Shown one piece after another: positions 43,995 to 52,506 of a DNA stretch of 64,000 nucleotides. Position numbers and translations under genes: made by a program. Numbering within the stretch: the first letter of the stretch is position 1; each line of letters begins with the position of its first letter. Location: positions 7,534 to 71,533 of the forward strand of contig PFBV01000005.1 in the NCBI GenBank assembly GCA_002778465.1, written 5' to 3'. The DNA is from Candidatus Magasanikbacteria bacterium CG10_big_fil_rev_8_21_14_0_10_36_32 (lineage in GTDB: Bacteria > Patescibacteriota > Patescibacteriia > Magasanikbacterales > GWA2-37-8). The notes under the pieces were generated by a model, which saw nothing but the letters and a program-made list of their open reading frames with translations, was not told the origin of the DNA and ran no database searches.

Positions 43995-45971
43995 ATGTGC
44001 GAAAAAATGAAGCGATTTTGGTTGTCAATCAGTGTGATTATTGTGATTTTGATGTTTGTGAGTTGTGGTACTGTGACAGCTTTTGTTCCGCCGGATATCA
44101 GTTTGTCGGTTCTTGATTCTGACATGTTTGACAATGGTGTCATAAATCCACCGTCATCAAAAGTTCCCAGCAGCGTAGCGGTTCCCTTTGAGGCTTTGGA
44201 AACCGAACAGTTACTCAAAAATTTGGTTATTCCCGCCTGTAATTATCGTGATATCACTCTTCGTTTGGCTGATCCGGGAGTTGAAATTCCAGAAGTGGTA
44301 AACACAAACCCGCCAAATTATAAAATTGATGATGAACGACAGTTTTGGGTGTCTAATGTTGACACTGGAAAGTATTACAGTATTATCGCCAAGTTGGTGT
44401 ATAAGACTGAGCATGCTTATATTTGGTTGGAAAAAGGAGCCAAAACTCAATTGGTAAGTCTGAAAAAGGCGGCTGATTTATGGGATAAAAAGTATTATCC
44501 CACAGATCGTGAGTTTTTCGGCAGTGAATGGTCGCCCGGCGTGGATAATGATGCCCGTATTAATTGGCTTATCTCAGATAAAATGGGTGAACATGCGGCT
44601 GGTTATTACAGTAGCATGGATGAATATAGTAAATTAGTTAACAAATATTCCAATGAAATGGAAATGTTCTATCTCAGTTCTGAAAATAATCCGGCCGCTG
44701 TTCCGTATTTTAATGGAGTATTGGCGCATGAGTTTGCTCACATGATTCAATGGTATCACCATTCCAATCAAGCAAATTGGATTGATGAGGGTTTGGCCGA
44801 GTTAGCTGTTCAAATTAATGGTTTAGATCCTGGTTTGAAGCGAATTCGGTTTGCATATAATCCGGACATTCAGCTAAATTCTTGGCCTGAATTGGATAGT
44901 GCTACCGCTTATTATGGTGCCGCCTATATGTTTATGTCTTATTATTTGGATCGTTTTGGAAAAATTGCTACTCAAGCGTTGATTAGTAGCACATCATACA
45001 GTACAGCAGCAATAGACGAAGCTTTGAAAGATAAAAACATTACTTTCAATCAGGTGTTTGCTGATTGGACAATCGCTAATTATATTAATAATTCGAATAT
45101 TGGTAATGGTGAGTACGCTTATCGTACCATTCAACCAACTCGTTTTAAAGCTTGTCAGAAGATTCAGCCAAGTGATTATCCGATAGATATTACTGATAGT
45201 GTTGCTCAATACGGAACTGATTATATTGAAATTTCAGGACATACTGATTTGGAAGTAAAATTTACTGGTGATTCAACTGTTGGTTTGACTGCAGTTACCG
45301 CTCACAGTGGAAAATATATGTGGTGGGGTGGTTCAAATAATGCCAGCGACGCAACCTTGACACGGACATTTGATTTGTCCGGCGCTGAAAAGGCAACATT
45401 GACTTTTTGGACATCGCATGATATTGAAGAAGGATACGATTATGTTTTTGTAGAAGCTTCCGTTGATGGTAAACATTGGACAACTTTACAGGGTACTAAC
45501 ACTGTAATTGATAATCCTAACGGAGCTAATTACGGTTTTGGTTATACTGGTACAAATAATGGTTGGGTTCAAGAAAAAATTAATCTAAGCCAATATGCCG
45601 GAAATAAAGTTCAAATTCGTTTTGAATATATTACTGATGCAGGATTAACCAAGTCTGGTTTTTTCTTGGATGATATTGCAATTCCTGAAATTGGTTATAT
45701 GTCTAATGTAGAGAAGAATAATGGTGGTTGGACAGCGAGAGGATTTGTCCGTAACGCCAATATTTTGCCACAATACTGGTCAATTCAACTTATTACTGTT
45801 GGTTTGACTACTACGGTTGAGAAATTGCCAGTAACCCAAAATGCTACAGGAAATTGGACTGTTCATTTTAAAAAGGATGATACGCGTTATACTGTGTTGG
45901 TAATCAGCGGTTTGACACCGATCACATTGGAACGACCAAGTTATAAGTTGGTTGTTAATATTAAAAAGTAA
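43995..45971 (+). CDS. Secreted zinc metallopeptidase (HExxH...E gluzincin) with a C-terminal beta-sandwich domain resembling a pre-peptidase C-terminal domain.
   Basis: GVLAHEFAHMIQWYH followed by NWIDEGLAELA. N-terminal signal or lipoprotein-like MKRFWLSISVIIVILMFVSCG. The C-terminal part reads YDYVFVEASVDGKHWTTLQG...GWVQEKINLSQYAGNKVQIRFEY. Confidence 0.6.
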   Translation: MCEKMKRFWLSISVIIVILMFVSCGTVTAFVPPDISLSVLDSDMFDNGVINPPSSKVPSSVAVPFEALETEQLLKNLVIPACNYRDITLRLADPGVEIPEVVNTNPPNYKIDDERQFWVSNVDTGKYYSIIAKLVYKTEHAYIWLEKGAKTQLVSLKKAADLWDKKYYPTDREFFGSEWSPGVDNDARINWLISDKMGEHAAGYYSSMDEYSKLVNKYSNEMEMFYLSSENNPAAVPYFNGVLAHEFAHMIQWYHHSNQANWIDEGLAELAVQINGLDPGLKRIRFAYNPDIQLNSWPELDSATAYYGAAYMFMSYYLDRFGKIATQALISSTSYSTAAIDEALKDKNITFNQVFADWTIANYINNSNIGNGEYAYRTIQPTRFKACQKIQPSDYPIDITDSVAQYGTDYIEISGHTDLEVKFTGDSTVGLTAVTAHSGKYMWWGGSNNASDATLTRTFDLSGAEKATLTFWTSHDIEEGYDYVFVEASVDGKHWTTLQGTNTVIDNPNGANYGFGYTGTNNGWVQEKINLSQYAGNKVQIRFEYITDAGLTKSGFFLDDIAIPEIGYMSNVEKNNGGWTARGFVRNANILPQYWSIQLITVGLTTTVEKLPVTQNATGNWTVHFKKDDTRYTVLVISGLTPITLERPSYKLVVNIKK

Positions 45972-45986
45972 TTTTTGTTCTTTGAT

Positions 45987-46016
45987 AGCCCCACAATATG
46001 TGGGGCTTTTTATTTT
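45987..46016 (+). terminator. Intrinsic terminator (agccccacaatatgtggggcttttt).
   Basis: CCCCAC/GTGGGG hairpin followed by a T-run. Confidence 0.6.
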
Positions 46017-46112
46017 TACATTGACAAATACTTAAAAAGGTGATATAGTACTATGTTCTTTACAATAAAACTCTAGTTGGGTAAAAACCAACTACGCCAA
46101 AGGAGGCGTAAA

Positions 46113-47015
46113 ATGGACGAATTTTTGGAAATGAGAACACACCAGAGAAAAGATTGGTTAATTAAGTTAGCAGTTGTAATTATATTATCTGGTTGTCTCG
46201 TAGTGTTTTGTTGTTGGGTTTTTCCTCAGATGAGCTTGTCACCAAGCGTAACTAAGGCATTTATACCTGAAACACTGCCGCCGGCACAGTCTGATCCGAT
46301 GGATAGGTTGGAAAATGATTTGCTCTCTGCTTCGTTCGTTGTGTATGGTTTTTCAAAAGATGGAGAACACAAAAACATTCAATGTTCGGCTACAGTTTTT
46401 GAAAAAGAAGGCAATATTTATCGTTTAATAACTTCTGCTCATTGTTTGGTTGAAGATGAACAATACGATGGTATTGTTAGAGTGTTGCCTTATAATATTT
46501 TCATCGCCCATAACAGTTTGGACAGTCTAATTTTTTCTGCTCGACTGGTTGCTATTGGTTTTCAAGGTCGCTATGATGATTTTGCTGTATTGCAAGCGGA
46601 AATTGTAGACGATACGATTCCTGCTATTCCATTAGCCAAAAGTGACCCGGTGATAGGCGAAGAAGTGGTGAATGTTTCTTTTCCGTCTCTTGTTGGTCGG
46701 CAGTTGGTTAGAGGAATAACAATGATTGAACAAGTAGAAATAAGTTCGGGTGAGATGAAGGGGGATAAAGTTACTGTTTTTGATTTAACTTCTGGTTCTG
46801 GTTCGTCCGGTTCGGCCATTGTTAGTCGAGAACAAAAAGCCATTGTTGGTGTTTTGACTGGTGGTTATTCACAAGAAGGCCAGTTGTTAAATGAAACAAC
46901 TGTAGGTTTGCCGGTTAGCAAGTTTCGTATTTTTTGGGAAGCGGTTAAGGCCGATGAATACCCGTGGTACCAGTCATCCGAAGAGTCGGTTGGTAGTGGA
47001 GACTTTTTATATTAA
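46113..47015 (+). CDS. Secreted trypsin-like serine protease, paralog 1 of 6 (S1/Trypsin_2-like).
   Basis: AGGAGG ribosome-binding site 8 nt upstream. N-terminal transmembrane or signal segment. Catalytic motifs TSAHC (His), DDFAVL (Asp) and GSGSSGSAIV (Ser). Confidence 0.65.
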   Translation: MDEFLEMRTHQRKDWLIKLAVVIILSGCLVVFCCWVFPQMSLSPSVTKAFIPETLPPAQSDPMDRLENDLLSASFVVYGFSKDGEHKNIQCSATVFEKEGNIYRLITSAHCLVEDEQYDGIVRVLPYNIFIAHNSLDSLIFSARLVAIGFQGRYDDFAVLQAEIVDDTIPAIPLAKSDPVIGEEVVNVSFPSLVGRQLVRGITMIEQVEISSGEMKGDKVTVFDLTSGSGSSGSAIVSREQKAIVGVLTGGYSQEGQLLNETTVGLPVSKFRIFWEAVKADEYPWYQSSEESVGSGDFLY

Positions 47016-47040
47016 GGATTAGAGTTTTATTTTATTTTTT

Positions 47041-47066
47041 ACCCCGCCTGTTAAGGTGGGGTTTTA
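47041..47066 (+). terminator. Intrinsic terminator (accccgcctgttaaggtggggtttt).
   Basis: Hairpin followed by a T-run. Confidence 0.6.
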
Positions 47067-47241
47067 ATTTATTATGGTCTATAATTTATTGTTATTTTAG
47101 CCAAAAAAATGATGCATCAAAAATAAATAAAAACACTTGACAGTTTTTTTGTTGTTTGTTACATTACATTTGGTTCTTTTAAAAATTAACTTTTGGTAAA
47201 AACATTTTTAAACAAGTGACTTAACCCACGAGGAGGGTGAA

Positions 47242-48162
47242 ATGGAAAAGAAGATGTTTGGTTTCGTTATGTTTATTATGGCATTCGTTTGCGCAATGAT
47301 GCTCAGCGGGTGTGGAGCAGTCAGTTTCTATAGCGGTTCCAATACCGTGATCAATGCCAGTGGCAATAGCCATTCCGTCAGTGTCCTAGAGAAGGATATG
47401 GAATCGGCCGTGGCTCTGCTTTACGCCAAGAAGGATGACGGGCAGCTGCGCATGTTCTGTACAGCAACCGCTTTTGAGCGTTCGGGTAAGACTTACCGTT
47501 TTGTTACCGCCGCACATTGTGTCGCCGAAGATATCAACGGCATGGTGGAACTGGTACCGTACCAGTGGTTTATCAGTTTCGACGAACCGGGCGTCAAGAC
47601 ATTTTATCCTGCCAAACTGCTCGGCGTTGGTTATCAGAGTCGCGGTGATGATTTCGCCGTACTGGAAACCACCCTGGATCGCCAGATTCCGGTTATTCCG
47701 ATGTCAGCTACCGATGCCGAACTCGGTGAACAGGTAAGTAATGTCGCTTCGCCGCTCGGTTTGGGCAAGCAGCTCTTCCGCGGACATGTGACCACTGTTT
47801 ATATGGACAGGCCTGTTGTAGGTGCCGGTCTTAATTGGACAGGTGCAACATTGCTTCAAATCAGTTGCGGACCCGGATCTTCCGGTTCGTCTGTAGTAAG
47901 TCAGAACAGACACACTATTGTTTCTATTCTGGTCGGTATGATTTACCGAGGTCCGGCGGTGTTCATTGTTTCCATTCCGGTAACAAAGTTCAACCGTTTT
48001 TGGAGAGATATTCAAACCAATAAGTACCCTTGGTACGCGCCTGCCTTCAATGCCAACGGAATTCCCGTTTCTACAAGCAGCAGCCAGCGAGATCTTTCGA
48101 ACTTTATGAATCGGATTGATCGTGGTCTGTCGGTTGTTTTGGAACCGGAACCCACTAAGTAA
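47242..48162 (+). CDS. Secreted trypsin-like serine protease, paralog 2, with a lipoprotein-like signal.
   Basis: GGAGGG ribosome-binding site. Signal MFGFVMFIMAFVCAMMLSGCG. Catalytic motifs TAAHC, DDFAVL and CGPGSSGSSVV. Confidence 0.65.
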   Translation: MEKKMFGFVMFIMAFVCAMMLSGCGAVSFYSGSNTVINASGNSHSVSVLEKDMESAVALLYAKKDDGQLRMFCTATAFERSGKTYRFVTAAHCVAEDINGMVELVPYQWFISFDEPGVKTFYPAKLLGVGYQSRGDDFAVLETTLDRQIPVIPMSATDAELGEQVSNVASPLGLGKQLFRGHVTTVYMDRPVVGAGLNWTGATLLQISCGPGSSGSSVVSQNRHTIVSILVGMIYRGPAVFIVSIPVTKFNRFWRDIQTNKYPWYAPAFNANGIPVSTSSSQRDLSNFMNRIDRGLSVVLEPEPTK

Positions 48163-48190
48163 ACCTACCAAAAGCTCTTTAACACTCCTA

Positions 48191-48217
48191 ACCCCCAATG
48201 AAATTTGGGGGTTTTTT
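48191..48217 (+). terminator. Intrinsic terminator (acccccaatgaaatttgggggtttttt).
   Basis: Hairpin followed by a T-run. Confidence 0.6.
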
Positions 48218-48327
48218 ATGTTATTATGTTTGACATTTTTTTGTAAAAATGCTTTAATAGCTCAAGTTCCTTACAACAAAACAATATTGTCCTCTGCCAA
48301 ATGGAAAATGGGGACGAAGGAGGAGTG

Positions 48328-49092
48328 ATGAGACAAAATTGTATATGGTTGGTTATTTTGGTAGCGATTATGTTTTCAATGTTGACGACCAGTGTTTCGT
48401 CCGATGAAATATCGGATCAACAGCTGGAAAGAGATCTTCAGAAAGCTACTGCCACGGTGTATATTAATACTGATGAAGGAGATATGGAACCAATATGTTC
48501 AGCTGTGGCGTTCAAGCGCGGAGCTGATAATACTTATTATTTTATCACTTCATCTGATTGTCTCGGTGATGACCTGGTTGTGAGTTTATTTGGAGATGTT
48601 ATTACTGAGATGGATTTTTATCTTGCTTTCAATCAAGCCGGCAAGGTAAAAATGTTTCCGGCGAAGATTACTCAAGTTATTCGTAGTCAGCAATTGTATG
48701 GTGGGGGAGTTGTAATTTTTCAGTCAGTTCTTTATTGGAATATTCCGGTTATTCCACTGGCGACTGATTCAATGAAAGCCGGTGAAAAAATAATTAATTA
48801 CTCCCTGATCAGTAATCCGGATCAGCCCATATTTAATGGTTGGGTGACCAGAATGAAGGTTTCAAAACCGTTAGTGGTCAATGGAATAGAAAATTTCAAC
48901 GCCATTGTACTTTGTGTGAATCAGAATATAGACAATAAATTGGCTGTATCTGATCCGATAATTGTTAGTCGTGATCAAAGAGTCATTGTAGCTATTTTTG
49001 TTGGCACGGCTAATTATTTTGGGGTGAAAAAGCCGGCCGCTGTTCCTATCAATAAAATTATTACATCCGCACCCACAGAAGACAAACAGTAG
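48328..49092 (+). CDS. Degenerate paralog 3 of the protease family, a predicted catalytically dead pseudo-protease.
   Basis: The family N-terminal signature is retained (CSAVAFKRGADNTYYFITSSDC), but His is replaced by Asp (TSSDC), and the DDFAVL Asp motif and the GSSGS Ser motif are both absent. AGGAGG ribosome-binding site and N-terminal transmembrane segment are present. Confidence 0.55.
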   Translation: MRQNCIWLVILVAIMFSMLTTSVSSDEISDQQLERDLQKATATVYINTDEGDMEPICSAVAFKRGADNTYYFITSSDCLGDDLVVSLFGDVITEMDFYLAFNQAGKVKMFPAKITQVIRSQQLYGGGVVIFQSVLYWNIPVIPLATDSMKAGEKIINYSLISNPDQPIFNGWVTRMKVSKPLVVNGIENFNAIVLCVNQNIDNKLAVSDPIIVSRDQRVIVAIFVGTANYFGVKKPAAVPINKIITSAPTEDKQ

Positions 49093-49108
49093 ATTTTTTG
49101 TTCATTTT

Positions 49109-49140
49109 AACCCCCGACATTGTTCGGGGGTTTTATTTTT
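49109..49140 (+). terminator. Intrinsic terminator (aacccccgacattgttcgggggtttt).
   Basis: Hairpin followed by a T-run. Confidence 0.6.
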
Positions 49141-49235
49141 TCCTCATAACTTGACTGTTTATTCAACCGTATGTTAATGTAATTATACAGGTTCTTTAAC
49201 AAACAAAATAACCAATTGCCTTAGGGAGGCTTCAA

Positions 49236-50195
49236 ATGGACAACAGAACGTTTAAACAAATTTGTCTTATTGCCGGCATTACATTGGTCGGCTCCATGCT
49301 TGTGGTGTTGTTGTGTATGGTGGCTTTTATGGCTGGTTCTATGAATAATCGCTTGGTTGTTCAACAGCCAATTTATGGCTACGCGCCTCCGCCGTCGATT
49401 TCCGAATCAGAGGAATCGCTTGCGCAGTTGGAAAATGACGCAATCAATGCTACTGCCTTGCTATATTTTGAAAACAAATCCGGCGGAATGGATTTTTATT
49501 GTACCGCCACCGCTTTTGAGAGGGTGGGTCATTACTATAAATTTCTTACCGCCGCGCATTGTGTTTCCAGTGACGATACTGTCAATAAAATGGTTCGTAT
49601 TAAGCCGGGGAAATGGTATATCAATTTTGATATGCCTAACAATAATGAATTTCATAGAGCGAACGTACTCGCTGCCGGTTATATGTCAGACGGAGATGAT
49701 GTAGCGGTATTGGGGGCTTATCTGGATGATTTTAACCCGATTATTAATTTGTCTCAGGAAGACGCTGTAATCGGTGAACGCATAATTAATATTGCTGGTC
49801 CGCGTGACCTTGGAAAGCAGCTTATTCGGGGTAATATCAGCCAAGTAACTCCTGGGAGAGGTTCGTTTTTGAGTGATAGAATAATGATTCAGATTCATAG
49901 CGGTGGTGGTTCGTCCGGTTCGGCGATTATTAGCCAGAATAAGAAAGCAATTGTTGGTGTATTGGTAGCTGGTTTCGGTGGTTTTTTTCAAATGGAACCG
50001 TTTTACGATGTAACTGTAGCTGTTCCTATTGGAAAGTTTCATCGTTTTTGGGCAGCTATCAAAGCGAATAATTATGAACATTTTAATTTTGAAAGTTATG
50101 AGCCGACAAATCAGCTTTCAAAGGATATGGACACTCCGGTTGATTCCGACACTGGAACAGATGCTGGAGTTGATTGTTCTAATTCGGACAAATAA
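49236..50195 (+). CDS. Secreted trypsin-like serine protease, paralog 4.
   Basis: GGGAGG ribosome-binding site. N-terminal transmembrane segment. Catalytic motifs TAAHC, DDVAVL and SGGGSSGSAII. Confidence 0.65.
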   Translation: MDNRTFKQICLIAGITLVGSMLVVLLCMVAFMAGSMNNRLVVQQPIYGYAPPPSISESEESLAQLENDAINATALLYFENKSGGMDFYCTATAFERVGHYYKFLTAAHCVSSDDTVNKMVRIKPGKWYINFDMPNNNEFHRANVLAAGYMSDGDDVAVLGAYLDDFNPIINLSQEDAVIGERIINIAGPRDLGKQLIRGNISQVTPGRGSFLSDRIMIQIHSGGGSSGSAIISQNKKAIVGVLVAGFGGFFQMEPFYDVTVAVPIGKFHRFWAAIKANNYEHFNFESYEPTNQLSKDMDTPVDSDTGTDAGVDCSNSDK

Positions 50196-50240
50196 ATCCA
50201 TTGATTTTGTTTCTTAATTAACTTAGTTCTTTTATGTCTT

Positions 50241-50275
50241 ATCCTCCTAACTTTGGTTAGGAGGATATTTTTTTT
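50241..50275 (+). terminator. Intrinsic terminator (atcctcctaactttggttaggaggat followed by T9).
   Basis: 11-bp perfect stem and a T-run. Confidence 0.6.
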
Positions 50276-50327
50276 AATTTGTCAAAAGCGAGCCATAATG
50301 CTAAGATATATAATAAAAATAGAAATT

Positions 50328-51281
50328 ATGACTAAAATTATCAAACCGATAAAATTAAAAAAAGGTGATACAGTTGGAATAATCGCTCCATCAGAGCCTA
50401 TTATTTATAAACAAAAGTTCAGACGCGGTGTTCAGGAATTAAAAAAGTTGGGACTAAAAGTTGTTTTTAGTAAAAATATTTTTAAGCGTTATGGCGGATA
50501 TATGGCGGGAACACCAGAAGACCGACTTGATGATTTACATAGCATGTTTAAAAACAAAAAAATCAAGGCTATTTTTGCCGCGCGAGGTGGATTTTGTTGT
50601 AATCAACTTTTGTCTTTGATTGATTGGAAATTAATTAAAAAAAATCCAAAAATAATTTTTGGTTATTCTGATGTTACTGTTTTACTTAATGCTATTTATC
50701 AAAAAACAGGATTAGTAACTTTTCATGGTCCTAATGTTGAGTTGTCCATATCCCAATGGGGACATTATACAAAAAAATATTTTTCTAAAGCCGTTTTTTC
50801 AGATGATATAGTTGGTAAAATTATTCAGTTAACTAAGTGGAAAATATTAAAAAAAGGCAAAGCGTCTGGTCGTCTAATTGGTGGAAATTTAAGTGTTTTA
50901 AGAACCTTATTAAATACACCTTACAATCCTAATTGGAAAAACACTATTTTATTTTGGGAAGATACGGGAATAACTTGTGAAGATTTAGATCATTTTTTGA
51001 CCCATTTGAAATTAGCAGGAGTTTTTGATAAAATTTCAGGTATGATTATCGGAAAAAATAATAAATTAAACAAAATAGAGGAAAAGTCTGATTTAAACAA
51101 ACTGTTATTTTTGTCACCAGAAAAAATAATTTTAGAAATTACTAAAAAGTACAAGTTTCCCATTATTAGTGACGTTGATTTTGGACATAGTGGTGAACAA
51201 ATTACAATTCCAGTGGGTGTTAAGGCAACTATTGATACTTCCAAAAAATTGTTTTCTATAGACGAAAATGCAGTTAACTAG
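50328..51281 (+). CDS. ldcA: LD-carboxypeptidase (muramoyltetrapeptide carboxypeptidase, S66 family).
   Basis: GDTVGIIAPS, the Ser nucleophile in IFGYSDVTVLL, and the C-terminal motif DFGHSGEQITIPVG. The start was taken at the internal MTKIIKP. Confidence 0.75.
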   Translation: MTKIIKPIKLKKGDTVGIIAPSEPIIYKQKFRRGVQELKKLGLKVVFSKNIFKRYGGYMAGTPEDRLDDLHSMFKNKKIKAIFAARGGFCCNQLLSLIDWKLIKKNPKIIFGYSDVTVLLNAIYQKTGLVTFHGPNVELSISQWGHYTKKYFSKAVFSDDIVGKIIQLTKWKILKKGKASGRLIGGNLSVLRTLLNTPYNPNWKNTILFWEDTGITCEDLDHFLTHLKLAGVFDKISGMIIGKNNKLNKIEEKSDLNKLLFLSPEKIILEITKKYKFPIISDVDFGHSGEQITIPVGVKATIDTSKKLFSIDENAVN

Positions 51282-51284
51282 TTT

Positions 51285-52199
51285 ATGAAATTAAAATTTT
51301 TATTACTAGTTATTTATCTTTCTGTTTTTGGTGGCGCTATTGGCGTATTTGCCAAGGTAGCTTTACCGGCTTTTTCGCCAATGGTAATGATTTTTTATAG
51401 AGTTCTTATTTCAGTGGTTATTTTTACTGCTGTTTTTATTTATCAAAAAAAATTATTATCCGCCTTTAAAGTTATTTTCAGGCATTGGGGCAAGTTTATT
51501 ATTTTGTCATTGTCCTGTGTCGGTTTGGCAATGGTGGTAGGTTTTTTAGGTTTGCGTTATACCACCGCCATTAATTACGGTTTGATTTATAATCTTAGCC
51601 CGATTTTCATAATATTTTTTGCCCGTTTGCTGTTAAAGGAAAAAATGGGGCGGTTTGATCCGATTTTTATTCTGATGGCTTTTTTAGGCGTGGCGGTTAT
51701 CGTCACCAATGGAAAGTTTGCCATTAATATTCTGGAACCGCATTTTTTTGGCGATTTTTTGGTTTTGATTTCCGCTTTGGGCTGGGCGCTTTATTCAGTT
51801 CTGGGAACTAGATTTTCCCGTGTTGCTTCGGAATTTGATTCCTTAACCATAAATTTCGGGTCGCTTTTGATTGGTGTGATTTTTTTGTCGCCGATTGTGT
51901 TTTTTGGAATGCCGGACGGCGGAATTACCATGTCCGCTCTAAGTATTAAAACTGTTTTAAATCTTTTGGGTTTGGCTGTTTTATCCACCGCTTTTCTTTT
52001 TTTCCTCTGGTTCAAGTTCATTAAGGAAAAAGGAGGAACTTGGGCGTCGCTGGTCGCTTTTTCGGAAAATCTGAGCGGAGTGCTTCTGCCGGTTATTTTT
52101 TTGGGAGAAAAATTGACCCCGGCGGTTTTGACCGGAGGCGCGCTGATTGTTTTGGCGGTGGTGGGGAAAGAATTGTTCGATCGCAAACCGACGGCGTAA
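51285..52199 (+). CDS. DMT-superfamily (EamA-like) transporter with 10 transmembrane helices.
   Basis: Two repeated five-helix halves and EamA-like Gly-rich helices. Confidence 0.65.
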   Translation: MKLKFLLLVIYLSVFGGAIGVFAKVALPAFSPMVMIFYRVLISVVIFTAVFIYQKKLLSAFKVIFRHWGKFIILSLSCVGLAMVVGFLGLRYTTAINYGLIYNLSPIFIIFFARLLLKEKMGRFDPIFILMAFLGVAVIVTNGKFAINILEPHFFGDFLVLISALGWALYSVLGTRFSRVASEFDSLTINFGSLLIGVIFLSPIVFFGMPDGGITMSALSIKTVLNLLGLAVLSTAFLFFLWFKFIKEKGGTWASLVAFSENLSGVLLPVIFLGEKLTPAVLTGGALIVLAVVGKELFDRKPTA

Positions 52200-52245
52200 T
52201 TTTATTTTAAATTAAAAAACATTCCAGGAGTTGGGATGTTTTTTT

Positions 52246-52262
52246 GTTCCGAGACTAGGATT
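52246..52262 (-). repeat. 17-nt duplicate of the 3' end of tRNA-Gln (gttccgagactaggatt). The original copy is at 52306-52322.
   Basis: Exact repeat, read directly from the sequence. Confidence 0.7.
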
Positions 52263-52266
52263 TTTA

Positions 52267-52280
52267 CCCTCTCACCAATT
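52267..52280. repeat. Left arm of an imperfect inverted repeat flanking the tRNA (ccctctcaccaatt). The partner is at 52413-52426.
   Basis: The partner reads aattggtgaggggg; 13 of 14 positions are complementary. Confidence 0.5.
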
Positions 52281-52307
52281 TTAGAGTGTTGTACTTTTCG
52301 GCAAGGT

Positions 52308-52377
52308 TCCGAGACTAGGATTCGAACCTAGATAACGAGATTCAGAGTCTCGTGTCCTACCATTAGACGATCTCGGA
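52308..52377 (-). tRNA. tRNA-Gln (anticodon CUG).
   Basis: Manual cloverleaf. Acceptor UCCGAGA/UCUCGGA, U8. D-arm GUCU-AAUGGUA-GGAC. Anticodon stem CGAGA/UCUCG with loop CUCUGAA (U33, CUG, A37). T-arm CUAGG-UUCGAAU-CCUAG. Discriminator A. CCA is not encoded. Confidence 0.8.
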
Positions 52378-52412
52378 ACTCTGACGAAAAGTAAAATTGT
52401 AATTTTATATAA

Positions 52413-52456
52413 ATTGGTGAGGGGGCGGGCCTAGACCTGCCTGCCGGCAGGCAGGT
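52413..52456. repeat. Right inverted-repeat arm followed by a GC-rich perfect palindrome (cctgcctgccggcaggcagg).
   Basis: Read directly. It sits between the full tRNA and the partial tRNA copy. Confidence 0.5.
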
Positions 52457-52500
52457 AACGAGATTCAGAGTCTCGTGTCCTACCATTAGACGATCTCGGA
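52457..52500 (-). repeat. 44-nt exact duplicate of the 5' half of tRNA-Gln (acceptor 5' strand through the anticodon stem).
   Basis: Identical to 52334-52377. It lacks a T-arm and acceptor 3' strand, so it is not a functional tRNA. Confidence 0.7.
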
Positions 52501-52506
52501 GTTTAA

